From positions 622,173 through 686,172 of the forward strand of contig JAAOMT010000258.1 of assembly GCA_016748015.1 (NCBI GenBank): a stretch of 64,000 nucleotides of DNA, read 5' to 3'. A program made the position numbers and the translations under genes. The notes under the pieces were generated by a model. The model did not search any database, was not told the DNA's origin, and saw only the letters and a program-made list of their open reading frames with translations. Source of the stretch: Geosiphon pyriformis uo1. Its lineage: Eukaryota > Fungi > Glomeromycota. Below are positions 12,080 through 25,635 of the stretch, piece by piece (position 1 is the stretch's first letter; each line of letters opens with the position of its first letter).

Positions 12080-15000
12080 AAAAAATACAAAAAACTTTTT
12101 TCTCTTGTCGATCTCCTGACCATGATGAAAGCAAAATTTTATCAAAGTTTTAATTAGTCTTTTTTTTTTTCTCTTGTTTCTTTTCTAATTATTTCTTCTG
12201 ACTTTCTTTTTTTTGTTGCTATGGATCCAGTAAGCACTTCTGCTGATGGTTCTGGTGCTGGTTTGGCTGAAGTAGAAATCTGGTCTAGTGGCAAAAAAAA
12301 GCTTGTGTGAATAGTATGTACTCTCATGGTCCATTATTTAAGAAGCCAAAGATGCTTGTGGTTGGTAATGTGGTCAATTTGTCTGCTGGTTCTTTGAGCT
12401 TGGTAGATATTGGTGATACTGGTGTTAAGTCTGTGGTGTTTTGAGGAAGTAAAGTTAGCAGTGTTTCTAACAGTGTGAGCAGTTTTTTGGATGTCAAAAA
12501 TATGGAAAACACAGTCACTAAAAAAACCAGTTACACTAAATCTGGTGGAAACAATAATATGAATGAAATGATGCTGAGAAAGACTTACACGTAAACATAC
12601 ATACTGGACAACCTGCTAAAGCAGTCTTTATTTAACTATATAAATAACAATGATACTGAGTTGGTACTTCCAGTGCCTAAATTTGTTGGATCCAATTGGC
12701 TTCTGTCTGCCAAGTCATGTGTCCTAGAAAAACATAGCTTCGAACCAGTTAAATTGTCTGCTGTGTTTGAAAAAACAAATAGTGATAAGTTAATTGCAAT
12801 CAAAAAAATTTTTTATTGAATTGATAGTTTTGGGAAGGCCTCCACTCTTTCAAAATTTTCTGGGATTATTAGATCTTTTTTTACATCTGAATTGAGTCTA
12901 AAAAAAGCTAAGGAATTGGCAATCCATAAGAAAATTGTAGTAAATAATAATGTTAAGCAGATAAACAAATGCATGAATTGGAAGGTGATCATCAAGGAGA
13001 TCCCAGTTAATCTTTTCAAATCAACTATAGAATCTGTTTTTTCTTAGTTTAAAAAGATTGTATTAGTCAAGATACAACTGATTGGTCTGTAACAAAAAGC
13101 TTTAGTAGAGTTTAAATTATCTGAAATAGCTGATTTGGTTGCAGCTAGATAGTCTGTTTTCATGGGAAAGAATTCTGTTTGTATGGCAAAAGCTATTAAT
13201 AATAAACAATTATGGGTTTTCAGGGATCTACATCAGGCATTGTTTTATACTCTTCCAATTGGTACTATGGCTTATGATCTTTCTGATTTGTTGAAATCAT
13301 ATGGTGGGAAGACTTGTTTTATTAGCCATAATCTCAGTTCATATATGCATGATAGATGTATGATTGTGTGTTTTGTTGATGAGACATCTAAATTGGCTGC
13401 TATTGGTTCTATTCCAGTGTTTAAGAGTGTGAATTTGCACTAGACTGGCCTTTTTTTGGCCCATTGTGCTCATTGCAAACAGTTTGGTCATATCTCTATA
13501 GGGTGTTCATTAAGTGGGAATTCTGGTGCTTGTGATAAATAGGTAGTAACTCCTCAGGATCAGGTCTGTTTGGCCAATATATATAAGAAGAAACAGGTGC
13601 CAATTGTTTGCCCAGTTTTTTTTGGTGAGAAAACTTGGGCCCAGATTGCTGGTAGTTTTTTTTTTTGTGTGGTTTTGTTGGATTTTTTTGATACTGGTTT
13701 ATTTTTAGGTGTAAAACTTGTCTCATTGGTTTCTAATTTTCTTGGTGATTTCTGTTTGGTTGATCAATTGGCTTCTCTAGAATGCTCTTTGGAGCTTTTG
13801 ACAGATCAGGTTTTGTTTATTATGAAAAAATTGAGCTTTGTGAAATTGGTGCCTCTGGCATTCAAATCTTATGTCTCTTTTCTGGTTGTCTTTGTATCTG
13901 TTACATCTAATTTGGACTTAGAAATGGCTCTGAATGATACACTGGCATCTCCTCTTCCCTCTCTTTTAATTGTTGTTGTAGACTCAGTTGCTGACCTTAG
14001 TTTAAGTAGTTCTAAAGTTTTGACCACCAAAATGGGTGGATTAGAATCCAAGATAGTGGCTTTGGAAGTGTCAGTTGAATTTGTTTTGGAAAAATTGGAT
14101 CATTTTTGCTCTGGCTTGGGTTTGTTAACTTCTCTTACTCCTTAATAAGTGATTTTGTGTGGAAATTTGTGACATGTAATATTTAAGGTATTAATGTCCC
14201 TACCAAGCAGAAAGACATTATCCATTGGTATAGAGATTTTGGGAATTTGGTTTCGATAATTACAAAGACAAAGCTGAGGTCTAGCAATAGGTCTTGAATT
14301 AGAAATAAGTTTGATGAAGTCAGGATTTTTTTATCTGGGTTGAATAAGGGGTTTTTTGGTGCTAGAGTCACAATTATTATGAACACTTTTCTAGCTCGTC
14401 ATATTTGTAAGGTTTTTAAAATGCCTGGTTGGCTCCTTTTAATCAAGCTGTTATTCAAAAATAAACTTTCTGTGTTAATTTTGGGGCTTTACGCTGGGGC
14501 ATTCCTGGCTGTTTATTTTTTTCAGGCCTAATAATATTAATTTTGTGATAGCAAAGACAGTCAATGAATCCTCATTTGTGGTTTTGGGTGGTGATTTCAA
14601 TGAAAATGGCTCTCAAAGATGTGCTAGTTTCAAAAAGTGTCTAGATTTTGGTTTGGTCAATTCTTTGGGTAGAAGTTCTTATGTCAAAATGCCCACATAG
14701 GTTAACTCTTAAGACATGGCTAAGACTATCAATTTCTTGTTCATTTTTTCAAACTTGGTCAATGCTATGGTGGATTGCGAGGTGTCTAATGTTGGTAAAT
14801 TTTTTGATACTAATTATTGGGCTGTTTTTGTGTCTGTGAGTTTGGATAGACTTTTGGATATGCAGTTGAATTCTCTTCACAAGCAAGCAAATAGGGATTG
14901 GTGGAAGTTTGAGTTCAAAGATGCTGATGAAAATAAATGAAACAATTTCAAAGGTGCTACATTGGCCAATGCTGTGATGTTCTTAAATGAGTTTGCCACC

Positions 15001-18000
15001 TCTGCAAGATTTTCAGATTTGGATGCAATGTGGGATACCATTCACAAAATAATGGTTCTTTCAGCTAATAAGATGTTTAAAAAGAAATAGTTCAAGGGCT
15101 TTGATGATGTTTTTACCAAAAAATTTTCAAAATTTCACAAGTTAAAGCTTTTGGTTTTTAGAATTGTCAGGACTTCACAAAAGAAGAATATTGTGAATTT
15201 TGATTCTCTTATGAGATGCTGGATTTCTTTAGAAAATGTTAAGACTTCAGTTGTTCAGGATATTGTAAACTCTGGTGTTGGCTCTAATCGCATCCATTTT
15301 GCTCTCTTTGGTATTAGAAAGTCTTATTGCACTGCCAAGCTTGCTGAATCTCTGAGAGCTAAGGAGACAAATATCAGATTAGCTATTGATAGAAGAATAA
15401 AGAGCTTTGAGGTTAATAAGAGTCATATAATCAGAAATGTGCTAGAACGTCTCTTTTGCAAAGTAATACTTGATCATCTGATAGTTAATAATGAACTGAT
15501 TCTAAAACCTGATTTAGTTAAGTCTAAGGTAGATGTAATTATGGAAAGTTGAACTAGGAAGCATAGAATGGTAGATAATATTTCTGGTAAATAGCACCAC
15601 TAATATCAACCATTAGAGTATGTTTTTGATGAGGCTTTTTCTTGTGTCATGTGTTTAATTGAATTTAATAAATTGGTTGATGTGGTTTCTGATCTGTTTG
15701 ATGGCAAAGCTGTTGGTCTCTTAGGTGTGTTAAATAAGCTTTGGAAGCATTGTGATAAGTCGATCATGGATATGCTTTTGGTGCTTTTGAACTACTGTTT
15801 GTTTAGTGAATTAGTGCCTAGCTTTTGGAAGAAGACTTAAGTCTCAATGATTCCCAAACTATATAAGTAGAAAAGTGTTCTAATAAATACCTATTCTATT
15901 GCTTTAATCAAGATGACTTGTAAGATTCTTTCCAAGATTCTCTCTGACAGGATTTCTTTGGCATGCAGCACTTTTGATGTTCTTTGTGGGGACAATTTTT
16001 TGGTTTTGAAGAGTATATTGACTCAGTCTCTCATTTTTGCTATTGGTTCAATTATTGAAAATGCTTTAAAAAAGAACCAGGAACTTTAGCTGGTTTTACA
16101 AGACATATAAAAGACATATGATTTGGTTGGCTGAGAACATTTTAAGAAAAGTTTGGTCAGGATCAAAATATACAACAAGTTCATTCATTTTTTTGATGGT
16201 ATTCATAAAGATTGCACCAACAGAGTTATGACAGATTTTGGTTTAACAGGTGGTTATCATGTGCATGACAGTCTGGACCAAGGAGAGGTGTTTTCTCCCC
16301 TTCTGTGATACATATTTTATGACTCTTTATTGTGTAAAGTAAAGCATCAGGAGAGTATATGTGGGTATAGATTGAATTCTTATTTTATTTCCAAAAGTGG
16401 TTGCACTAAGTCTCAGGCTGAATTTTCTTCTTTTTTTGCTACTGGTGTTTTTGTTAATAATACAATTTGGATTGGTAGCAGTTAGAAAGCTACTCAACAC
16501 ATTCTTGATATTGCTGGCAAATTCTTTCAGATCAATAACATTTCTATTAATAATAACAAAACAGTGGCCATTCTTATCAACAGCAAGACCAGTAATCTTT
16601 TTTTTTATTAGTGAATTACTAATCTTCATTGTTAAAAAGAGTGAATCTCATTGGTATTTAGATATTTTTCTCTCAACTAAAGGTCTTTCAAAGCCTAGTT
16701 TGGCTAAGACAAATTTAGACATTCATTTTTTTACCAATCTAGTTCTAAAAAAGGCTATTTCAGATAAGCAGCTTTTGTATTTGATATTAGCAGTTCTCTA
16801 TTCTATAGTCAGTTATTGAACACAATTCAGCTTTGTTTCTGTTGGTGTATGCAACAAGTGGAATGCTCTGATTTACAAAGGCTTAAAGCTTAAATCTGGT
16901 TTATAGCTTAACTTTCTTAGTAACACAATTTATTACTCTTTTTTTTATGGTTTGAAATCTTCCTTACAAGTTTAGTTTGAGAGTAAAGTTGCTTTCCTAG
17001 TTAATTTTGTGAACTCTGGTGAAGTCTTAAGTCACTTGTTTTCTTACAGATCACATGACTTACAAGTTCTGTATTGATGTCCTGTTTATTTATTGAATTT
17101 TTTTGTTTGTATGTGTGTCAGTGTTTCAAATAACTTTTTGGCAGGCATGGTTTGTATTTTTTTTAATTGCAATCTGTCTTTGGGTGGCTTTTTGGCCAAT
17201 TTTTTTTGGTTTCATGGTAGAACTCCTATGTTTGTTGTTCTGAAAGAGTCTAGATTTCTCAAGTTTCTTTTTTTTCTCTATTGGTATGGTGTAGTTTTTA
17301 TGGATCAACTTTGGGATAGTCATGGTGCTGTTTTTGACTAGTGTATTTTCAGGTGGTGGAAGAGACTGAACTCCCGTGGCCCTGTTCCTGAATGGTTCAA
17401 AATTTCTGTGGCATTTTTTAATGGTTTAGCTCCCTTTTTTGTTCATCTCTTAGATTTAAATGGAGTTGATCATCAAAACATTCTTAACTTTAATAATTTT
17501 GTGTCTATTTACAACCATTTTTTTCAAGTTAGTTCTGATAGTTTATTTGTATATACAGATGGATTTCTAAAGAATTTGGGCACAGTTGACTGTAAAGCTG
17601 GCACTGCTGCTTTTTTTGAGAACATTAATTTAGATTTGGGCATTGGTGTATTAGGTTTGATATCATCGACTATGGCAGAATTACAGGCTATTGTATTGGC
17701 CCTAAAATGTGTTCTCATATCTAGTTCTGTTCGCTTGTTTTCAGATAGTCAATCTGCTTTGGATGCTTGTAAGTTGGAATTGGGTCTGGTGTGTTCTGAC
17801 TTTTGCAATAAGTGCTGGGTCAAGTATTGACATATTTTTAATGTCATTTGTAGTAAAAATTTAAGAATTAGTTAACACAAAGTAAAAGATCACTCTAGTA
17901 TTTCAAGGAATGAATATGTTAACATGATTGCTGGTGCTGCCTCTCTCTCTAGTTGACGTTGTTACCAGACAAAATTAGAGATATTATTTAGTATGAAATT

Positions 18001-19949
18001 ATCTTATAATTTTTATCATTAATTAGCATATATTATCGTTTCAAATTATCACTTATTACATTAGCAAAAATGTCCGAAATTATCATTTAATTAATAACCC
18101 AAATTGTACACAACACAAATGTAACCTAATTGCGATGATCAATCATACAATACCCCAAACTATGTAACATTCAAAAGTTCGCTGAAATTTGTAGAAATTT
18201 GCCGAAATAATTGATAGTTCACCGAAATATCTAATAGTTCGCAGAAATAACTTGTAGTTTGCCGAAATGTATCTTTAGTTCAGTGAAATTGTAGAAAATA
18301 GCAAAGTTCAAGTTCATAGAATAGTGTTACGACAAGTTGTATAAAAGAAGAGCTTCTCTCTTTGAGAAAATATATCTTACTTTAGTTTTATCAATTAGAA
18401 CCATTCCTACACACACAAAAAAAAATAAATATCAAATAATTCGAAAAACCAAATTCTTTAATTATTTGCACTTGAAAAATTCCCAAGAACCCAACTAACA
18501 TTTTGAAATTGATTAGCTACCAATTTCAGTAAAACTGTTAGTGACTCCAGGTCTGGATAGAAAACGTTTCCCTTGACAGAATTCTATTTCTTTTACATTT
18601 TTTTTATTTTCTTTTTATTTTCTTACTATAATTATTAAGGTAGCCTATAGATGAGATTCCTGTAGAAGAGTTGACTTTCACAACAAAGTAACTACACATT
18701 TTTAGTGAACTTCAGACAAGCATTTCCTGGGAAAGAGTTGACATTTACTACAACATAACTACATAAAGCAACTGGCACAAAATTGGCCATTCCACTTATA
18801 AGCCCAGCAGTTCAAATTATAAGAGATAATTTGAAGATAAATTCAGTACTGGAGGTTCAACCACATCCAGAAAACGTGAATTCACAAACAAGCATTGACA
18901 ATATTTAAGAAAAGAGACCAAAAACCTCTAGTAACAATGTCTTTCTCCTTGCTTGAATGAATGCTTCATAGTAGCTAATAATGGTATTATTTCTGGCAAT
19001 TTTAGACATTTTGTACATGATATTTATTGTTCTGTTTGTTGTGCACACTGGGAAGTTAGGTCTGATTTCAAGTTTTTGATAAGCAGTTTGATTTTTAAAG
19101 TTGATTGGCTTTGTTCGTTTTTGGTGTGGTATCCCAACTTGCACATAGCTACCAGTTTCACTAGCAGACTCTCGGCTAATGCATGCACATACTTTATGAA
19201 AGCTTTGCATTATTGACTGCCAGTTGCTATATGGAAACACCTTTATAGTAAATTTTATTCTAGTGTATTGTGCTTATATTTTGGTAATGTTGAAGTGTTA
19301 AATTATGTGTTTTCTTGTAAGATTGATACATCTGTTTGATGTTGGATATTGGAATCTCATGTGAATTTCTGGAAGGCAGTTTCCAGCTTCTCTCATTCCT
19401 CTTCTGGTGTTTTATAACTGCTGTCATCCTATGGTTCTAATTCCTCTATATTTATGGCTCTTTGTAAAGATTTTGTTTTTAATGGTTGGTATTACAAAGC
19501 TGTTTCCATCTTCTATGATTCTAAGGTTGCTGGTTTGAAAGTTGTCAAATTTGTATACTCTCTTGGTCTAGCTTTTAGGGAAGATATTTGGTTAGTTTAT
19601 GCTAAACATCAAGCTTATATGGAAAAAAACAGGTTAATTCCTCTTGATGATTTGGCTCTTATTTTGGTTTTTGATTTGGCTTTGAGGTTTTCTGCTGAAG
19701 TGGTTAAATTGCTTGGTATTACTGATGCTTTTGGTATTCAGTTTGGCTTTTGCAAACTCTGTTTGTTTTTTTCAAGTATAGATAATCTGGTTTCAATTCA
19801 CATAACTGCATAGTGTTGTTCTGATCAGCTTGAATGGCTGGTTACATATAAAAAGTGCATGATTCACACTTAGTTTAAATCATTTCTTTGATGTATAGCA
19901 TTAAGTAGTGTTTGGACCTTACTTATTAAGCAAATAAATAAAAAAAAAA
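12080..19949 (+). mobile_element. LINE A: full-length decayed non-LTR retrotransposon (ORF1 with CCHC knuckle; ORF2 APE-RT-RNase H; poly(A)), interrupted by a solo LTR
   Basis: ORF1 from ATG 12221, with CAHCKQFGHISIGC at 13465-13506. APE motifs WKFVTCNI and LGGDFN. RT ~15.8-16.8 kb. RNase H VYTDG...AELQAI...FSDSQ at 17550-17760. ORF2 stop at 19813, then A-tail. Inserted in an A-run of gypsy family 2. Confidence 0.92.
17960..18936 (+). mobile_element. Solo LTR of gypsy family 1
   Basis: TGTTACCAG...CTAGTAACA termini. Colinear with LTRs at 31057-32028 and 39894-40866 (opposite strand). 4-bp TSD ACGT/ATGT; removing it restores the LINE ORF2 frame. Confidence 0.93.
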
Positions 19950-21996
19950 GAAATTTAGCCATGTAAAAAAATAAATCAACACATAAATTATTTTAATCTT
20001 TATTATAAAAAATAAAAAACTACTAATATATTGATTAATAAAATCATAAAAAAATTTTAGCTTCTAAAAAATACAATATTTAAAGAAAAAACAAACTTAA
20101 TTGTTTCTTTTTGTTATATGTACTTTATAATAGCCATATAATTAAACTTTTAAACAATTTATATTAAGAAAAATAATAGAGAATTAAACAAAACAAACTT
20201 TAGAAGTTCAAAAAACTGACTAAAAAAAGCAACTATAAGCACTATTTTAGGGCAGTATACTAACTTTATATACTATTTTAATACTATTCAGAAATACTGT
20301 TAACAAATAAAATAAATATATTCATTCTTAATAAATTAGAAAACCTATTGACAATAAATTTTAAAACTTATAAGAATAAATAATTTATATGAATAGGTAT
20401 ATTTTTGTATTAAATATTAATATAAAAAATATATATATTAATTTTAACAGAGCTCAATCTTAAGAAAAAAATAATATTATCTAATAAAATTAACAAAAAT
20501 CAAAAAAATAATATTATTATAATATAATAACCAATTATTAAATAATAATCTAAATAATACAAAGCAATAAATAAAAATAGAAAAATATAATATGTATATA
20601 ATACTATATAAAACATGTACAAATATATTTAATTTAATATAATTATAAACAAATAAGCCAAAAAACATTTACAGTTAAATAAAAGATCCAATAGATTAAC
20701 AATTACTTATTATTAAGTTAAAATAGACATGATTATATATAATTTAAAATATATATATATACTATAATTTTTTAATTAAAATATAAATAAACAAAAAATA
20801 AGTCAATTAAATAGAATCAAAAAAAAATTAAGTTATAGTTTCAAAAAAAGCTGTAAAGTATATCTTTTTAATTTTTTATTATAATATTTATTAATACTAA
20901 ATCAGTAAATTAAAAATTTTTTTCCTTTAAAATCTGAGTCTTAATAAAGATCTAAAAAAGACTGTTAAAATTTTTTCTTTTATTATTAATTTTTATTAAC
21001 AAAAATACAATAAAAATACTTAATACAATAATAAAATATAAATAAAATTCAATTTAATAAACTTAAAAACACATTAAAAAAATATTAAATACATAAAATT
21101 ATCTAAAATTTATTCATAATAATATTTTGGCCAAAATTAATAATTGACTAAAAACAAAATTCAGAAAAATTTCTTTGTCTTAAAAAAATAATTTCTAATT
21201 AAGATTATTCTCAAATACTAATTTTGTTAAAATTTTAATAATTTTTAAATCTACTATTTTTACAATCAAACTTTCAAACCATTTAGAAACTTAAATTTGA
21301 ACTAAAATTCAAGCTTAAACTTAGATTAAAAAAACACAAAAAGTAATTTTAACAAATAATTAAAATAAAATTTACAGTCTCCAAATTTTTTTTTTTTAAA
21401 AAACACAGTTGACTTTTGGTATTAAAATTTAATTCCAAATTTGATATTTTTGTATAGTTTTAAGACATATTTTTAAAATATTTTTGTAATTTTAATACTA
21501 TTATTAAACTCTAAAATAAATTCAATATTATTAAACAACAGTTTAATAAAACAGTTACTAAATATTTTGGTAAATTCAATTATATTTTATAACAAATTAA
21601 AACTATAAAAAACAATTATTATACATTTTTTCAAATTTTTAATGAGTTTGTAAGAGAATTAAGGAGTAGTATTCTAATATAAATAAGATTACAATACTTA
21701 ACAAATCTATCACAAATTGTTATATTAGTCTAAGATATTAAGTTTGCTAAAAAAGAAGTTAATTACAATAAAATAGTTAACTTGATAATAAATAATAATA
21801 ATATTAAAAAATTAAAAAACAAAATTACTTAATTTAAAGAGAAATTATTTCAAAAAATAGAAAGTTATCTTGTTGATATTAAGTTTCAAATATTAAATTA
21901 TTATTAATTATTATAACAATAAAACCAAGTATCTCTTTAAAATTATAACTATTAAAACCAAAATAAAAACTAACAAAATATATTAATATATTATTA
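19950..21996 (+). mobile_element. Gypsy family 2: ORF3 end and decayed PPT (~20460-20474), LTR from ~20475, then gag of next unit (~21540-21996)
   Basis: Aligns to the reverse complement of 44624-44700 and 30014-30586, and to 55465-55730. gag translation KTVTKYFGKFNYIL*QI...QIFNEFVRELR...EVNYNKIVNL parallels family-1 gag. LTR 3' end (~21125?) is uncertain. Confidence 0.65.
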
Positions 21997-22008
21997 TTGT
22001 TTAAAATA

Positions 22009-25000
22009 TTTTTTATTATTAATGCATTTAATAAGTGAAATCCAATTGTTATTTAGTACATAGAACCAAACTAAGTGGTTCATACTAAATGCAACTCACA
22101 TATTTACTACATGTGGCTAGCCACTCAGACTAAACAAGACAACACTATATATCTAACACAACTTGCATGTCACAATTAGACCCAAAAAAAAAGAGACATG
22201 ATTTACAATGGCCAAAACTAACAACAAAAGACTCAATAATGTCAAGCAACCTAACCATATCATTCAACAGCAAAGAAAACACATCACATGACAAGTCCAA
22301 TATTAAACCACCATCTTTAATCAATTTAGCCTTCTTCATATCTGCTCTGTATTTAGACCTAATCAGCCATACTTTAGACCAATACAACTCAATCAAACAC
22401 TTCATAAAATCAATAACCACACAAGAAGCCTTCTTCCTGTCATCAAAAATCTTAACAGCTTCTATGTACTATTCCTTTAGAACAAACTCTTTACACACAG
22501 CAGAGTACAGACCAACATCTAATGAACAATGGGCAAAAATTCTCAAGACAGTGGAGGAAGCCAAGTCACAAACACCTACCAAGGAAGTCAAGCAAGCAGC
22601 AGCTTCTGATAAGATCTCATTATGAACAAACACATTATAAGCACAGGTAAAAACATGATTTGGCAATTCAATCTCACCACAAAGTAAACACAAAACACTA
22701 GGGTAACTCCTATTATATAACTTTTTCTTTACAACTACCAAAAGTTTTCTATGCACAGCTTTTATCATGTATATGCAAAGACCCAAAGACTTTTGACTAG
22801 TGAACTCAACAAGCATGTACAAGTTAGAATGTTAAATCTTAGTAGTGGCATACCAATTGAAATCTTTCAACATAGTACTTGAAACCACATCATAACCAGA
22901 GCCAGTCTTCCAATGAGCATGACAAATAGAACAAAAAACATTCCTAATAAAGTGACAGGCATTGCTGGATACAACAGAGTTCTCAGCCATTAAAAAACAT
23001 TCATGTATTTCTGCTGGTAATATGAAAAAAGAGCCAGCAACTTTGCCAGTCAAGACATTAGCTCTTGTATTACTAGGGATCCCAGAATGACTTTTAATCT
23101 TGACCCAATACACAAAAAAATCTTTATTTTTAATTAGATTAAAAATGTGTCTTTTCTTGATCCAGCACTAATTGCAAAAATCTGGAACATTAAAAAAAAC
23201 CTCAGACACACACATATCAATAGCAGCTTGGCTGTCAAGATACAAAACTACTGAACTAGAAAAAGGAACACATTTCAAAGAAAGGGCAACAGCCTGCAAT
23301 TCAGCCATAATAAAAGAAAAAAGACCACAAACACCAACACCAATCTCCATATTCAAAGCAAAAAAATATGCAGCTGCACCACTAACAACATTGGCAGAGC
23401 CAGCAAATTTCAATAAATTATCTGTGTAAACATCAAATGAGCCAAACTAAATCTCAAGCAAACTGCTCAAAAACCAGAATGCTACAGTCAGAGACTTGCC
23501 CAAAACCCATAGTATTAAATGGCAATGAGCTCCTATCATGTAAAAATTTAGATGTAACATCAAACCACCATGGAATAGGACCTCTAAGACTGAGTCTTTT
23601 CCAATAATGGAATGTTTTCTACTTCATTATACCACTTTTTTTGTCAATAAGTCTATTACCAAAGGCAAACCCAAAATGTTTTAAAGAATGAACACAACCA
23701 AAAAATAAAGAATTCCCCAAAATTATTGACATAAGAAAATCACCAGAACTTTAAAAAGCACTGGACAAATTGTTTGCCAAAAACAATTCACAACTCAAGA
23801 AAATTTTGATTATACCAGCTAAAAAATTATTCACTGAACTAACAAGTAACTTAACAGAGAACTGCAAAAAATTTAAAGGAGCCCACTCAAAGACTTGTAA
23901 ATCCAAGAAGCAATGAAGAAACAGATGTCCAAGAATGTCTGAAGCATTTGAAAAAGAGACCACAGCAGCTATTTTACTCTCAGATTGCATCTGCTTAAAA
24001 GGTTTCAAACCATACAGAGAGAAATAGTGTAAAGCCTTACTAAGAAAGTCATGAGGCAAACACACTTTAGACTTGAAGCTTTTTCTAACCATAATGTCCC
24101 ACTTGTGGCACACTTCAGATAAAACAAAACTAAACTGCATTCTGTAACTCACAATGGGTTGTAAGACTGCTAAGACTAAATAGAAAAACTGATTATTAGT
24201 AATAGTCTTACTGAGCACTATATTAACAAAAAACCAAACATCCAAATAAGCCTTGGCCAAACTTGGTTTGAACAATCCATTAGTTAACAAAAAAATTCCC
24301 AGATATCTGTGTGCTTCTCTCTTCTTGGCTATAGAAATTGGCTGATTACTTATACTCAAAGAAACAACTTTAACACTCTAATTGATTGGAATGACTACTG
24401 TTTTCTCATTATTAATATAAATATCATTGATCGAAAAGAACTTACTAATAATATTTAAAGCATACTGCATAGAGGCTTGACAATTTCCAATCCAAATCAT
24501 ATCATCTACAAAGGCACCAGCTGCAAAAAAGAAGAACATCCTACCACTATTTTCAATTCTACCAGTTTTTGTTACAAACTTAATATTGATCCAGTATCTT
24601 CACAAATGTTCATGCCTCTTAATTTCACACAAGAGTGAATCATAAAAGATTCTCCAAAGAAGGGGCAAAAAGATCTCACCCTGATCAAAACCATCATGTA
24701 CTCTGTAGCCATTTGAAAAACCAAAATCAGTCATCACCCTATTAATTCTGTCTTTATGAATGCCACCAAAAAACTCAATAAACCTGTTACACATTTTAAT
24801 ATGATACAAGCTTGCTCTCAAGTAGTGTCATTTAATTGAGTTATAGACTTTACACATATCCTACAAAACCAACCAGAGTTCTTTGTTTTTTTCGAAAGCA
24901 TTTTTAATTATTGACTTGACAGCAAACACAGAAGATTGAGTAAAGATACTCTTCAATACTAAGAAATTGTTATCACAAAGAACACCAAACTTGCTGCAAG

Positions 25001-25635
25001 CAAAATAAATCCTATTTAAAAGGATCTTGAAGAAAATCTTCCTGGCCATCTTAATCAAGACAATAGAATGAGTATTTGTAAGAATCCCATCCCAATCATA
25101 AGGTTTAGAAATCATTGAAACCCAGACTCTCTTCCATAAAGCAGGAACTACACTTTCTTCCAGGCATGTATTGAGCAAACCCAAAAGACAGCCTAACACA
25201 TTATCTTTACAGTGCTTCTATAATTCATTGAAAATACCAGACAATTCAGCAGATTTGTCATCAGGTAGATCCTTAATACCTAAAATCAATTCACTCATAT
25301 TGATAGAATTTATTACACCTGAAAAAGCATCATTATTCACATAATCTAATGGTGCATACTGGCAAGCCCAGAGATTAGGCATAGCCAAAAGCACAGCCCA
25401 TTTCTGGGTCCAATCTTTCATGATCTTATTCACACTGAGTTTAACTTTTCCTGGCTACAACACCAAATTACCATTCAAAACCAAATAATCAAGAACTACT
25501 TTGTAAAAAAAATGATCCAAAACATTCTTAATTATATTACTTTTGTTAGAACAAAACTTCTCCATGCATCTTTCGATGACTGCCCAAACAGAAAATTTCT
25601 TAGCCATCCTTGATTCATACATCTTGAACTTTTTA
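22009..25635 (-). mobile_element. LINE X, 3' half (RT, RNase H, C-terminal Cys motif, 3' UTR, poly(A))
   Basis: AAGAFVDDMIWIG RT core (~24500), AELQAVAL...YLDSQ RNase H, CLLCGE...HVFTC. Begins abruptly at KKFKMYESR. Followed by TSD TATTTTAAACAA (21997-22008, minus strand). Confidence 0.9.

Noticed and set aside
18176-18289. CRISPR-like repeat/spacer look of the LTR array
   Set aside because: 13-bp repeats with 7-8 nt spacers inside a eukaryotic LTR; no cas genes.
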